This document shows, piece after piece, positions 25,959 through 34,701 of a stretch of DNA of 35,102 nt. The position numbers were made by a program, and so were the translations under genes. Source of the DNA: a virus; the UHGV virus genome UHGV-0089682. One strand, 5' to 3'. The stretch's first letter is position 1, and each line of letters starts with the position of its first letter. Below the pieces are notes generated by a model. The model saw only the letters and a program-made list of their open reading frames with translations. It searched no databases and was not told where the DNA came from.

Positions 25959-26145
25959 TATCTTTCTCCTTATTCAGTCTTCTGCGGCATTCGGCGCAGT
26001 CATCAGGGCTTTCAAATGTATCCGGCTCGCGATTATGAGCCAGATATAACCACCGTCCACATATACTGATATTATCGCCAGTTTTAAAAAAATGATGCTT
26101 CTTAGCCATCAGAGGGCGCGCCCATCCAGCGGGTAGACTATTCAT
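25948..26145 (-). CDS. Hypothetical small Cys/His-containing protein (AT-rich cassette, gene 3 of 4)
   Basis: 65 aa; ...ISICGRW...DDCAECRRR..., possible small metal-binding fold; overlaps neighbours by 8-11 nt. Confidence 0.4.
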   Translation of the reverse strand: MNSLPAGWARPLMAKKHHFFKTGDNISICGRWLYLAHNREPDTFESPDDCAECRRRLNKEKDNGQ

Positions 26146-26512
26146 TTGCTTTATCCTCCATACTGGACAAAATCATCTGTATTAATGTCGGGCGTGGAGA
26201 TATACGCATTTCATTAAGCGTCTGAAGGGCAGCAACAGCTGCCTGTTTATCGGTGCCTTTGGCAATTTCCGCAAGAGTATGCACAATCCATAACGGACTT
26301 AACGCCACGGCTGAATCCAGAATCATGTCATCCATAATAATTTCTGGCACATCCAGTTTGTCATACTCCTTATCCATAAAAGAAACGATTTTTTCCACAT
26401 CTTCCGGTTTCATGCCTCCGGCGATGAGAATTTTTCTATATTCATAAGACGTTCTTAATTCAATACTCATATTCATCTCCTGTAACGCTGACAAGGACGT
26501 AATTTTTCTCAT
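26138..26512 (-). CDS. Hypothetical protein (AT-rich cassette, gene 2 of 4)
   Basis: 124 aa, acidic, no recognisable motif; 4-nt overlaps on both sides. Confidence 0.45.
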   Translation of the reverse strand: MRKITSLSALQEMNMSIELRTSYEYRKILIAGGMKPEDVEKIVSFMDKEYDKLDVPEIIMDDMILDSAVALSPLWIVHTLAEIAKGTDKQAAVAALQTLNEMRISPRPTLIQMILSSMEDKANE

Positions 26513-26694
26513 TTATGTTTTCCAGTAATACGGATATATATGTCGATAAGAAGATTCATAATAAACAGGAAGAGCGACATCATGATAAAGAACCATATAT
26601 CTGGCATCATGGACAGATTTCCTGTAACCGAAAATATAAAACCAACCACCCCAACTGGAACGATAATTGCGAAAAGTATAAGTCGCTTTATCAT
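26509..26694 (-). CDS. Hypothetical small two-helix membrane protein (AT-rich cassette, gene 1 of 4)
   Basis: 61 aa with two hydrophobic segments (LILFAIIVPVGVVGFIFSV and IWFFIMMSLFLFIMNLLIDIYI). Confidence 0.45.
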   Translation of the reverse strand: MIKRLILFAIIVPVGVVGFIFSVTGNLSMMPDIWFFIMMSLFLFIMNLLIDIYIRITGKHK

Positions 26695-27320
26695 GGCGTT
26701 AACTCCCGTAATACAGCGTCCTCGGCGGTCCGGCGACGGTAATAAACTGCGTGAGCAGAATGTTCAGATATTCCAAACTTTTCGCCAATTTCCCGGAATG
26801 ACAGACGGCGTGGGTAATCGGAATCACGCAGCGCACGTATAAGACGTACATCATCATCAGATATGCGCGTGCCGGGGCGTAACTCTCCGCACTTTGTTAA
26901 TCCGGCACCAATCATTCCTGCCCGACATCTGACAGAATCTTTATTACGTCCGAGATATTCTCCCATTTGCTGGCAGGTCATTGTTCTGGCATACGTGACG
27001 GGCGAATATTCACGCCACAGAATGTTCAGTTCATCAGAGGCAACACGCAGGGTTTTAGGTATACGTGATGTGCGCGGCGTGCAGCTCCAGCCATTCGACG
27101 CAGTCGGTTTTCTCCATAAGTCGCGATGAAAAGGATATTTGTCATCCATAAAGCGCAGCCCCTTAAAACAAAATCCACTGATACCGGATACAAATACCGG
27201 GCGGCACGCAACATTCAGCACGGCCTCAAGGCGTTTTGCCTCATCTTTTACCGTCTGGCAGTCCTGCTGGTATTTTTGCCACGCAGCCAGCGCGGAAGGG
27301 TTTGATGTTTTAAAGAACAT
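26691..27320 (-). CDS. Hypothetical early protein with C-terminal helix-turn-helix
   Basis: 209 aa; C-terminal RLSFREIGEKFGISEHSAHAVYYRRR is HTH-like. Confidence 0.45.
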   Translation of the reverse strand: MFFKTSNPSALAAWQKYQQDCQTVKDEAKRLEAVLNVACRPVFVSGISGFCFKGLRFMDDKYPFHRDLWRKPTASNGWSCTPRTSRIPKTLRVASDELNILWREYSPVTYARTMTCQQMGEYLGRNKDSVRCRAGMIGAGLTKCGELRPGTRISDDDVRLIRALRDSDYPRRLSFREIGEKFGISEHSAHAVYYRRRTAEDAVLRELTP

Positions 27321-27853
27321 TACGCCACCTCCGCAGATATCCCGGCAGGCGCTGCTGTCCGGTCAACAATCAGGTAGCGCAGAACACGCGCGGTGATATT
27401 CCAGCCGCTTAAACCGCAGATAATGACACCCAGGCGAATGTCGATATACGCCATCACAAACTGGGGTACGCCTTCTTTCATGGCCTGCTCATCAACTTCA
27501 GCCACCACATAAACGGTTTCACAGGTCAGTACGCCCTGAGCAAATTCCCACGCCATCGACGGAATATCATGCCCCTCAATCCACGGCAGGGATTTTCTGA
27601 AGCTGCACCACTGAACATCATCAGCCGCACATTCCTGGCTGCATTTGCGACGAACCGGCTGCACCGGGCGGGGACGCGGAATATCATAAAAACCGTTACA
27701 TTCCGTCAGCACGCCTGCATCAACCGCATCACGCAGAAAATAAACCATGGAGGATGGCGGCATATTCATTTTTTCAGCCAGTACACCGCAGGTCAGACGT
27801 CCGTAAATACTCAGCCAGTTTTTAACCCCTTCAAGCACTTTTGCATCAATCAT
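27320..27853 (-). CDS. Hypothetical early protein, N-terminal winged-helix-like region and Cys cluster
   Basis: 177 aa; N-terminal LTCGVLAEKMNMPPSSMVYFLRDAVDAGVL; Cys cluster KCSQECAADDVQWC. Confidence 0.4.
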   Translation of the reverse strand: MIDAKVLEGVKNWLSIYGRLTCGVLAEKMNMPPSSMVYFLRDAVDAGVLTECNGFYDIPRPRPVQPVRRKCSQECAADDVQWCSFRKSLPWIEGHDIPSMAWEFAQGVLTCETVYVVAEVDEQAMKEGVPQFVMAYIDIRLGVIICGLSGWNITARVLRYLIVDRTAAPAGISAEVA

Positions 27854-27856
27854 GAA

Positions 27857-28399
27857 TTATTCCTCCGTAAGCGCCACATATTCAGAATGTTTAATTTCCT
27901 GGCATTCTTCAGGAATACACCCGTTTATTTCCCTGCCATAAGCGCCTACTTTAAGCACCACACACAGAGCATCACGGGAGAGCGACGGGGTCCACCAGGA
28001 GTCCGTGTTAAACATGGAGGGGATTCTCATTACCCCCAGCTTTTCACAGAGCCAGACAAGGAAATCAGGATGTTTTCTTAAATCGCGTTCAGCGGCTTCA
28101 ACCATTGCGGCAATCGCCGGTCCTTCAGGGCATAACTCATCAGGTCTGGCAATAAAGCACTGTCCGTCCCCGATAAAAGCCACATCATCGCGCTTACGCC
28201 AGCCCGCAGGCAGAGCACCGGCAAAATAAAACTCACTGACTCTGTCCATGGCGAACGGCTTTAAGCGCAATCCGGCAGCGCCTGTATTTTTCAGTAATGC
28301 CCGAAGAATACTGTTGCGTAGCGGTAAAACAGTCTGTTGATATTTGGTGAAATATTTATTTGTCTGCACACGGTCTAATTTGAAATAAAAATATGCCAT
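27857..28399 (-). CDS. Hypothetical early protein
   Basis: 180 aa ORF immediately downstream of gam; no recognisable motif. Confidence 0.4.
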   Translation of the reverse strand: MAYFYFKLDRVQTNKYFTKYQQTVLPLRNSILRALLKNTGAAGLRLKPFAMDRVSEFYFAGALPAGWRKRDDVAFIGDGQCFIARPDELCPEGPAIAAMVEAAERDLRKHPDFLVWLCEKLGVMRIPSMFNTDSWWTPSLSRDALCVVLKVGAYGREINGCIPEECQEIKHSEYVALTEE

Positions 28400-28496
28400 A
28401 TTTCCGATTCCTTATTTTCAGCTTTCGGGCGCAAGCAGTCCCCTGACGCGAGCGCCATACTTAAAACGATGTGATATTTAAAGATTTAATGCGGTG

Positions 28497-29027
28497 TTAT
28501 TTATTCAGTCCGGCGTCCTGTTCAAAAGGCTCGACATAAAAACTTTCAGCGCCTTTATTCACCTTAATACCGGCAATGCCTTTCACTGCATCCGGCTCCG
28601 CCAGGACGGCTTCCTTGTTCACTTCCTCTTTCGTGCGGATGAATCGCTCAAGCCCCATACGGCGCAGCATTTCAATCACACCTTCCACATCACGGCTGAC
28701 GCTGCATGATGGCGTTCCCAGCCGCCATGACACCGTTCCGGTGGTCAGATTGGCTGTTTTGGTTTTGCCGCCGTTCGTCAGCTCATCACGGTTGGTTTTG
28801 CACCAGTCCTGAATCCCTTTAAAAAGCACTTTGATTTGCTTTTTAAGATTTTCAATCTGCGGCGTATAACGGGCGGTGATTTCAGCCACCTCGTCATTCA
28901 TTGCCGTTTCCAGGCGCAGCGCCTCTCGCTGAATATCGCCCAGGGTGCGGATATCACGGCTGACTTCTTCGCGGGTCTGCGGTGCGGCCTCGGCTGCGGC
29001 CTTTAATTTTGTAACGCGTTTTGCCAT
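28497..29027 (-). CDS. gam: Host-nuclease inhibitor Gam (Mu Gam / Ku-like DNA end-binding protein)
   Basis: 176 aa; size matches Mu Gam (~174 aa) and position in early region; coiled-coil N-terminal half. Confidence 0.7.
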   Translation of the reverse strand: MAKRVTKLKAAAEAAPQTREEVSRDIRTLGDIQREALRLETAMNDEVAEITARYTPQIENLKKQIKVLFKGIQDWCKTNRDELTNGGKTKTANLTTGTVSWRLGTPSCSVSRDVEGVIEMLRRMGLERFIRTKEEVNKEAVLAEPDAVKGIAGIKVNKGAESFYVEPFEQDAGLNK

Positions 29028-29038
29028 TTTGTTTTTCC

Positions 29039-29332
29039 TTATTGCAATGTATCTGGTGCGTTCTGCAAAGAACGGCGCTCAATGCTGCTTTTCACCCCCA
29101 GAGCCTGCATGGAACCCTGAAGTTCATCTGTCAGAAACTGAATAATTGTGGGGCTGTGATATTTAAGAATTTGAGCATAAACATCACAGGGTCCTGTCGG
29201 TCTGTTCTCCGTATCACGTTCGATTTTTACAGTGGCAGTAACACCCTCCGTGATTTCCTCACTATCATTACCGGCTGGCTTTACTTCATGCATTACGTAG
29301 TCAAATTCAAAAATAACGCGAACTTTGCTCAT
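29039..29332 (-). CDS. Small early protein, paralog B of tandem pair
   Basis: ATG at 29330-29332; begins MSKVRVIFEFDYV; shares N-terminus and start-codon-proximal nucleotides (cgcgttatttttgaat) with the adjacent upstream gene. Confidence 0.5.
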   Translation of the reverse strand: MSKVRVIFEFDYVMHEVKPAGNDSEEITEGVTATVKIERDTENRPTGPCDVYAQILKYHSPTIIQFLTDELQGSMQALGVKSSIERRSLQNAPDTLQ

Positions 29333-29336
29333 GGAA

Positions 29337-29687
29337 TTACCCCTGTTGATTAAATTCATTACCGTTAATAACCCCGGAAGCCATGCCCCTGTCTTTCATG
29401 AATGCACTGACTTTCATTGCCACAAACTCTGCGAAGTTTCTGCTTTCTGCCAGCATAACCACCCCAAAAATCATAGCGGGTCCATTATCTTTCTTCTTTA
29501 TTCCGGTTGAACGTATATCCAGACTTACTCCTCTGTACGTGCTGCCATCAGCGTTTTTGCAGATAACATCTTCTTTGTATTCAAAAATAACGCGCACAAC
29601 CTTACTCATCCTCTGGTCCTCGTTTTGTTCGGATAACTGACCCGGCGTCCGACCTGATGACAGAGCCGAACCATGAAGTAACTTCAT
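29337..29687 (-). CDS. Small early protein, paralog A of tandem pair (likely true start at 29609)
   Basis: Internal ATG at 29607-29609 gives MSKVVRVIFEYKEDV...; the longer track ORF starts at 29687 overlapping the upstream stop. Confidence 0.5.
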   Translation of the reverse strand: MKLLHGSALSSGRTPGQLSEQNEDQRMSKVVRVIFEYKEDVICKNADGSTYRGVSLDIRSTGIKKKDNGPAMIFGVVMLAESRNFAEFVAMKVSAFMKDRGMASGVINGNEFNQQG

Positions 29688-29914
29688 ACTTCCCAGTAAA
29701 CCGTGCAGCCGCTGATGCGGGTGGCTTTTACACGGCGGCGCAGGCCATTGGTCTTAACGGTGATTTCAATTTCCTCTCCAGTCCCATGAACCTTGCTTAG
29801 CGGTGGCGTGGTTTTCAGTGCAAAGCGTTGCGGGTAGCGTTTGCTGCGCTCCAGTACCGCACCGGCAAGTTCGGTCAGGCGACGGGCGTTATTCAGTGAA
29901 TCAAACAAATTCAT
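29684..29914 (-). CDS. Hypothetical small basic early protein
   Basis: 76 aa, Arg/Lys-rich; overlapping start/stop with neighbours. Confidence 0.4.
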   Translation of the reverse strand: MNLFDSLNNARRLTELAGAVLERSKRYPQRFALKTTPPLSKVHGTGEEIEITVKTNGLRRRVKATRISGCTVYWEV

Positions 29915-30320
29915 AGGTGAACTCCGGTTGTATCAGTAATGGATTCATGCGCAATGCAGCCAGCTCTGACAGGAAGCCTTGATTAACTTTACCCATCCCC
30001 GGAATTTTTCGGGTTTCGCCACGTATGATTGCCCGAAGAATGGAGTAACCGTGCCGCCACTCCCGACGATAATCCTCCATGATCAGAAAACCAAAGCGCA
30101 GGCTTTCCCATACGTCCACATCAAAGCATTCATGATTAAAACGGCGTCTGATGGGTTCAGGTTGCATGTCTGCATACCACTGATACAGGTCTATATACAG
30201 AAAACACACACCATTACTGTTCATCAATTCATAGATATAATCACAAACCTCCCCGTCATCGACGTTAAACTCTCGAAAGCTGTGGAGAACATTGATTTCC
30301 TGCTGTATCTGCATTTTCAT
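29901..30320 (-). CDS. Hypothetical early protein
   Basis: 139 aa; AT-rich coding region; no recognisable motif. Confidence 0.4.
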   Translation of the reverse strand: MKMQIQQEINVLHSFREFNVDDGEVCDYIYELMNSNGVCFLYIDLYQWYADMQPEPIRRRFNHECFDVDVWESLRFGFLIMEDYRREWRHGYSILRAIIRGETRKIPGMGKVNQGFLSELAALRMNPLLIQPEFTYEFV

Positions 30321-30332
30321 ATAACCTCTCGT

Positions 30333-30560
30333 TTAACTAACCCGTCTTGCACCGATAAAGCGACAAATATTGCTGTAAGCTTCTTTCGCACCTTCACGAT
30401 CAAGTCCTGCCGATATTGCCATTCGGGTGCGATCATTAAATTCAAAGAGTAAATAGCCACATTCTTCACTGTCAGACATGGAGACTGCTTTGACGTTATC
30501 GAAATTCACCAGGTAAAAGCGTCCGTAAATATCAGGAATATTAAATGCAGCCATAATCAC
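30333..30560 (-). CDS. Small early protein in the Mu kil position
   Basis: 75 aa ORF starting 4 nt inside the B stop; Mu Kil is of similar size (~74 aa) and position. Sequence identity not verified. Confidence 0.4.
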   Translation of the reverse strand: MIMAAFNIPDIYGRFYLVNFDNVKAVSMSDSEECGYLLFEFNDRTRMAISAGLDREGAKEAYSNICRFIGARRVS

Positions 30561-31489
30561 ACCTGTGAGAGTAATTCAGGGTTGGTATAAACCTCTTTAA
30601 AGGCCGCATTAATATGTTTTTCTGTCAGCGCCGCACCTTCACCGCTGGCGGTGATCCACGCCTGGTTAAGCGTATGTGTCAGAACGCGTAAGGCTCCCGG
30701 CTTTTCAGCGATGGCCTGCATGACGGCCAGCTCGGCCTCACCACTGATACCCCATGCCCTGGCAATGGCCAGCACATCCGCCTTTTTGGCCTTGCGAAGT
30801 TGTTTTGTACGGGCAAGACGGCTGAACAGACGAGATAAATCATCAACGGCGCGGCGTCCACCTTTAAACAGCCCGCGCGGGTTACCAATAAGCACCATCC
30901 CGATCCCCGTGGCGTCCTGAATTGCCCGGAGTTGCTCCAGGCCGTCAATACCAAGATGATCCGCCTCATCAACAATCACCAGTCCACGCGTTCCCATCAG
31001 GCGACGACGGATGGCGCGGGATAATGCCCCTTTGTTCGCGCGGGTGTAATCAATCCCCAGCTCCTCTGCCAACTCCAGCAGACACTCCGTGACGCTGGAA
31101 TGCGCGGGAGACAGGGTGATCATCCAGGTGTTCGGTTGCTCCTGGCAGTAATTACGGGCGGTGGCCGTTTTACCCACACCCGGTACACCAACAATGACGT
31201 TAATACAGCCCATCAGGCGAACCGCCTGAAACAGTGCGCGCAGCTCCTGGACTGTCTGTGTTTCCACAAACTGCGGCGGTTCCGGCAGTGCGCTTTGTTT
31301 ATTCCAGTTCTCATACCAGGAACGCAGGGAAGCAGCCACAGCAGCGTTATCGCCTTTATATTTCCCCTTACGGAAAGCCGATAATGTACCGTCGGAAATT
31401 CCCGCCTCTCTGGCGATGGCATACTGCGTCAGTACGCCGCCATCAATAAGTTCATCAATGGTCTTGATTACATCGTTTATATCGGTCAT
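30557..31489 (-). CDS. B: Transposition ATPase MuB (AAA+ target DNA activator)
   Basis: 310 aa; Walker A GVPGVGKT, Walker B-like LVIVDEADHL; N-terminal HTH-like region; directly downstream of the transposase. Confidence 0.88.
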   Translation of the reverse strand: MTDINDVIKTIDELIDGGVLTQYAIAREAGISDGTLSAFRKGKYKGDNAAVAASLRSWYENWNKQSALPEPPQFVETQTVQELRALFQAVRLMGCINVIVGVPGVGKTATARNYCQEQPNTWMITLSPAHSSVTECLLELAEELGIDYTRANKGALSRAIRRRLMGTRGLVIVDEADHLGIDGLEQLRAIQDATGIGMVLIGNPRGLFKGGRRAVDDLSRLFSRLARTKQLRKAKKADVLAIARAWGISGEAELAVMQAIAEKPGALRVLTHTLNQAWITASGEGAALTEKHINAAFKEVYTNPELLSQV

Positions 31490-31564
31490 ATTATTACCTC
31501 GCGTTTGTGTAGTTCCTTTGTTTAATCAAATAACCTGAGTCGCCGCTCGGGTTATTTTTTTATT

Positions 31565-33670
31565 TCAGGCCAGAGGGTCATTTTCTTTTAATTTCGCTTC
31601 AAGCAGCTGCAATCCCCGCTGGAAATTACGCTCGTATTCTTCATCAGGTTCATCGTCAGCGACCGGTTGCTGAACGGTCACCGTATTACCCACAGGGCGG
31701 TATATATTTTCCAGCCACGGCTCCTGTGGCTTGTGCTCCAGCACGTTGACAATCTCATCCTCGGCATCACGGATTTTTTCCTCTGCGCGTTTACGCATGC
31801 CTTTAAGGCGCTGCTGCTGTTTGTAGTATTCCGCGCTGACCGGGAAGGCTTCGCGTTTATTGCCGTCCCATACCGCCTCGCAAATCACGCTGCCATCCGG
31901 GCGGCGCACGGTAATTCGTTCGGCATCATGAATGTCATAGCTGATAAGTACCTTACGGCCATGCTCGTCACGCAGCTCGGGCGCGTAGTAAATATTATTC
32001 AGCCAGCGTATTTCACAGCGTCTTACAGGGCGCTCCACCATCGGCCGGAACATATCCCGCAGCTCAACATCGGACAGCCATTCAATTTCCGTGTCCTCTT
32101 CCGCCAGGCGTTTTTTTCTGAACTCCGCCGGGCTGTAATGTTTACCGTTCGGCTTCATGGGTAATTCATCGTGCGGCCGGTTGTTGTACCACTCAACACC
32201 GTCACGAATGGCATCAATCAGTTCAGACCAGGACGGTAAATCACGCATCGCTGACTGCTGCCGGGCGTTCAGCCACTTACCCTGTTGCAGGGCACTGAAT
32301 GCCGAGCGTAAATCGCGGTTGGTTTTGCGTAACGTCTCGCGATCTGCACCTTTCCCGAAATAGGTGCGGTATTTACGGGCTATGCGCATCGGTAATGTGC
32401 GGTTAAGCCGTTCGATAATGCCCCGTCCCTGCGGATTACCGGCAATCCCGGTCGGGTGATTAATCCCCAGTCGTGGCAGGATCCCCACAACTTCCTTATC
32501 CAGGACGTCGGCGGTTTCCCCGGAACCGTTATCCGAGTAATACAGAAACGGTTTGCCGTGATGGCGAATGCCGTGCTGTATGGCACCGGCTACAGCGAAA
32601 ACATTTTCAGCCAGATCAAGGCTCCAGCCCACCACAAAGCGCGTGCCACCGTCGATAACAAAGGTCACTTCCGGTGCAAATGGCCGCCCGTGAACCGGGT
32701 GCGCACATTTCAGCTTCATGCCGTGACCGTCACCAATCCAGACATAATTCACCGGCATTTTTGACCAGTCGCGGCGCGTGAATCCCTCAAGCTGACGGTA
32801 TTCACTGCCGGTCACCCGGCCTTTTTGTTTCACCACTTCCGGCAGTTTCTTCATTGCGCGGCGAATGGTGTCATAAGACGGCATGATATCGAGCATATAA
32901 GGCTCATCAGCGTGCCGGTGCTGCCATTCAGCGACAAAATCCTCGTAAGCCTCGGTCATTGGGCGGCCGTTTGACTGGCGATACTGCGCCAGAAATTCGG
33001 GCAGCCAGTTAATATCTTCGGCTTTTATTTCCTGACGTTTACCAGGTGCCAGTAAAAGCAGGCATTCAGCGGCGTTCTGTGCCTTGTTAAAGGCCGCAAT
33101 CCAGCGTTTCAGCGTGATTTCACTCAACGCGCGGCGGTTTCCCTTTTTGGCGTTCGCCGTCTCAACCATTGCCACAATGCGCTCGTCCAGTTGTGAGCGT
33201 GCCAGGCTGTCAACGATAAACCGGATAGCCTTAGCGCAACTAAAGCCGGGTTGTTGCGCGACTTTCATCACTTCGCTGACGATCGCGATTCGTGCATCGG
33301 CCACCTGGCGCTGGTTTTCAGTCAGGGCATTGAGGCGTTCGACCATCAGTTGTGGTGATCCGCGATATGCCTCCACCGCATTAACCACGGCAGGTGAGCG
33401 TCTGGCTTTTGTCACCACCGGAGCCGGTGATTCGTCGGCTTTTTGCGTCATCAGTTGAAGGGCGTAACGTTCGCGTAATACTTGTTGTGCACAATAAGGC
33501 AAACAATCGATATTAAATTCGATGGCTTTTGTTCCCTTACGTTTGCGTAACATGGCTGCATTTCCAGCAGCTGCTTTTGTGAGTCTATGGCGAATGTTAT
33601 GTTCCATCATTGGTAAATCAGGAAGACCAACACATTCTTTTGCTGTTACCCACATACATCCCTCCATCAA
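31565..33670 (-). CDS. A: DDE transposase MuA
   Basis: 701 aa; catalytic motifs WIGDGH, YYSDNGS and GIIERLN (D-D-E) in Mu-like spacing; overlaps ner stop. Confidence 0.9.
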   Translation of the reverse strand: MMEGCMWVTAKECVGLPDLPMMEHNIRHRLTKAAAGNAAMLRKRKGTKAIEFNIDCLPYCAQQVLRERYALQLMTQKADESPAPVVTKARRSPAVVNAVEAYRGSPQLMVERLNALTENQRQVADARIAIVSEVMKVAQQPGFSCAKAIRFIVDSLARSQLDERIVAMVETANAKKGNRRALSEITLKRWIAAFNKAQNAAECLLLLAPGKRQEIKAEDINWLPEFLAQYRQSNGRPMTEAYEDFVAEWQHRHADEPYMLDIMPSYDTIRRAMKKLPEVVKQKGRVTGSEYRQLEGFTRRDWSKMPVNYVWIGDGHGMKLKCAHPVHGRPFAPEVTFVIDGGTRFVVGWSLDLAENVFAVAGAIQHGIRHHGKPFLYYSDNGSGETADVLDKEVVGILPRLGINHPTGIAGNPQGRGIIERLNRTLPMRIARKYRTYFGKGADRETLRKTNRDLRSAFSALQQGKWLNARQQSAMRDLPSWSELIDAIRDGVEWYNNRPHDELPMKPNGKHYSPAEFRKKRLAEEDTEIEWLSDVELRDMFRPMVERPVRRCEIRWLNNIYYAPELRDEHGRKVLISYDIHDAERITVRRPDGSVICEAVWDGNKREAFPVSAEYYKQQQRLKGMRKRAEEKIRDAEDEIVNVLEHKPQEPWLENIYRPVGNTVTVQQPVADDEPDEEYERNFQRGLQLLEAKLKENDPLA

Positions 33671-33933
33671 GCCACTTCTCTGGCGTCCACCTGGTATCTG
33701 CTGGGCCAGATTACAGCAGGTTCAACCCCTATTTTTTCGGCGATGGCGGCTTCGTACTTACGGCACTGGCGGTAAAACACGTTGCGCATTGATCCGCTTT
33801 TTAATCCTAACTCCCTTTCCAGTTCAGGGAGGTCTGTGCCTTTGTTTTCAAGGGCTGCATATACCGCTTTAGCAGACCAGTCACACCCCTCTCGAACAAA
33901 CAAATTATTCGATGCTTGTCTGGATGCCCTCAT
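33667..33933 (-). CDS. ner: Ner-like DNA-binding early regulator
   Basis: 88 aa; C-terminal ...PAVIWPSRYQ... matches the Ner family motif; first gene of the early operon, divergent from repressor. Confidence 0.75.
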   Translation of the reverse strand: MRASRQASNNLFVREGCDWSAKAVYAALENKGTDLPELERELGLKSGSMRNVFYRQCRKYEAAIAEKIGVEPAVIWPSRYQVDAREVA

Positions 33934-34089
33934 TGTGTGATCCTCTCATGTTTACCTAAGCCGATAATCAAAACCGGTTATCGATTTAGGTAAATCATAA
34001 TCGCAAAATAATTCGATATCAACGGTTTTTTGCGAGCAAATCGAAATTAAGTGCGATATCGATAATTTCTTTGTTTTATAGGGGGTTAT
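33934..34089. promoter_or_regulatory. Operator / divergent promoter region between ner and repressor
   Basis: 156-bp AT-rich gap between divergent genes containing repeated cgata/atcga-type motifs (ccgataatc, ggttatcgattt, attcgatatc, aaatcgaaatt, gcgatatcgataatt). Confidence 0.6.
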
Positions 34090-34701
34090 ATGGATAAGGC
34101 AGAAAAAACCGTATCCAGTGCGGAACGGTTTATTGATATGGAAGGAATAAACCGATTTTCAGAACGCTTAGCTATGGCTATGGGCGACATGACAAACGTC
34201 GAACTGGCGACCCTTTGTGGACTATCTGAAGCCACAGTAAGAAATTACAGGAAGGGGAAAAACTTCCCTCCTTTGGATAAACTGGCCTTAATAGCTAAAG
34301 CCTGTAATTGTTCACTCGAATGGTTGGCCACAGGCAAGAACGAAGATGAATGCGGGGTAATCGAAAATAATTGCGACGCAAGTTCGGGCATTGATCAGGC
34401 GCTTAGTTCTCTAAGCCCCCAAGAGAAGCAATTAATCCTTACATTCATCAGGCGAGAAGGTACTAACAACCTTGTCAGGCTGGCAGCAATGAATACATCT
34501 ACAATCAGCCAGGATGCGGTAGAAAGCATCATTGATGCCTTGCCATTACGTCCCGTACTAAAAAATGCAATAAAGATAGGAATGGCGGGAAGTGAAGAAA
34601 CAGACAAAGAGATTTTGCGCGTTATTGAGAAGTACAACACGAGCAATAACACTGTCCAAGAATCAAAGGCGATGACAGTAAAGAAAAATGCTATTAGTTA
34701 A
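34090..34701 (+). CDS. Mu c-type repressor
   Basis: 203 aa, divergent from ner; N-terminal HTH-like LATLCGLSEATVRNYRKG; position between early operon and phage end as in Mu. Confidence 0.75.
   Translation: MDKAEKTVSSAERFIDMEGINRFSERLAMAMGDMTNVELATLCGLSEATVRNYRKGKNFPPLDKLALIAKACNCSLEWLATGKNEDECGVIENNCDASSGIDQALSSLSPQEKQLILTFIRREGTNNLVRLAAMNTSTISQDAVESIIDALPLRPVLKNAIKIGMAGSEETDKEILRVIEKYNTSNNTVQESKAMTVKKNAIS

Noticed and set aside
28400-28496. GC-rich imperfect palindrome between gam and the downstream gene as a terminator
   Set aside because: Stem pairing is imperfect and there is no following U-run on the transcribed strand; insufficient evidence.
31565-33670. Independent insertion sequence (IS) suggested by the DDE transposase
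   Set aside because: The transposase is flanked by ner and B in the canonical Mu early operon; it is the prophage's own replication/transposition enzyme.
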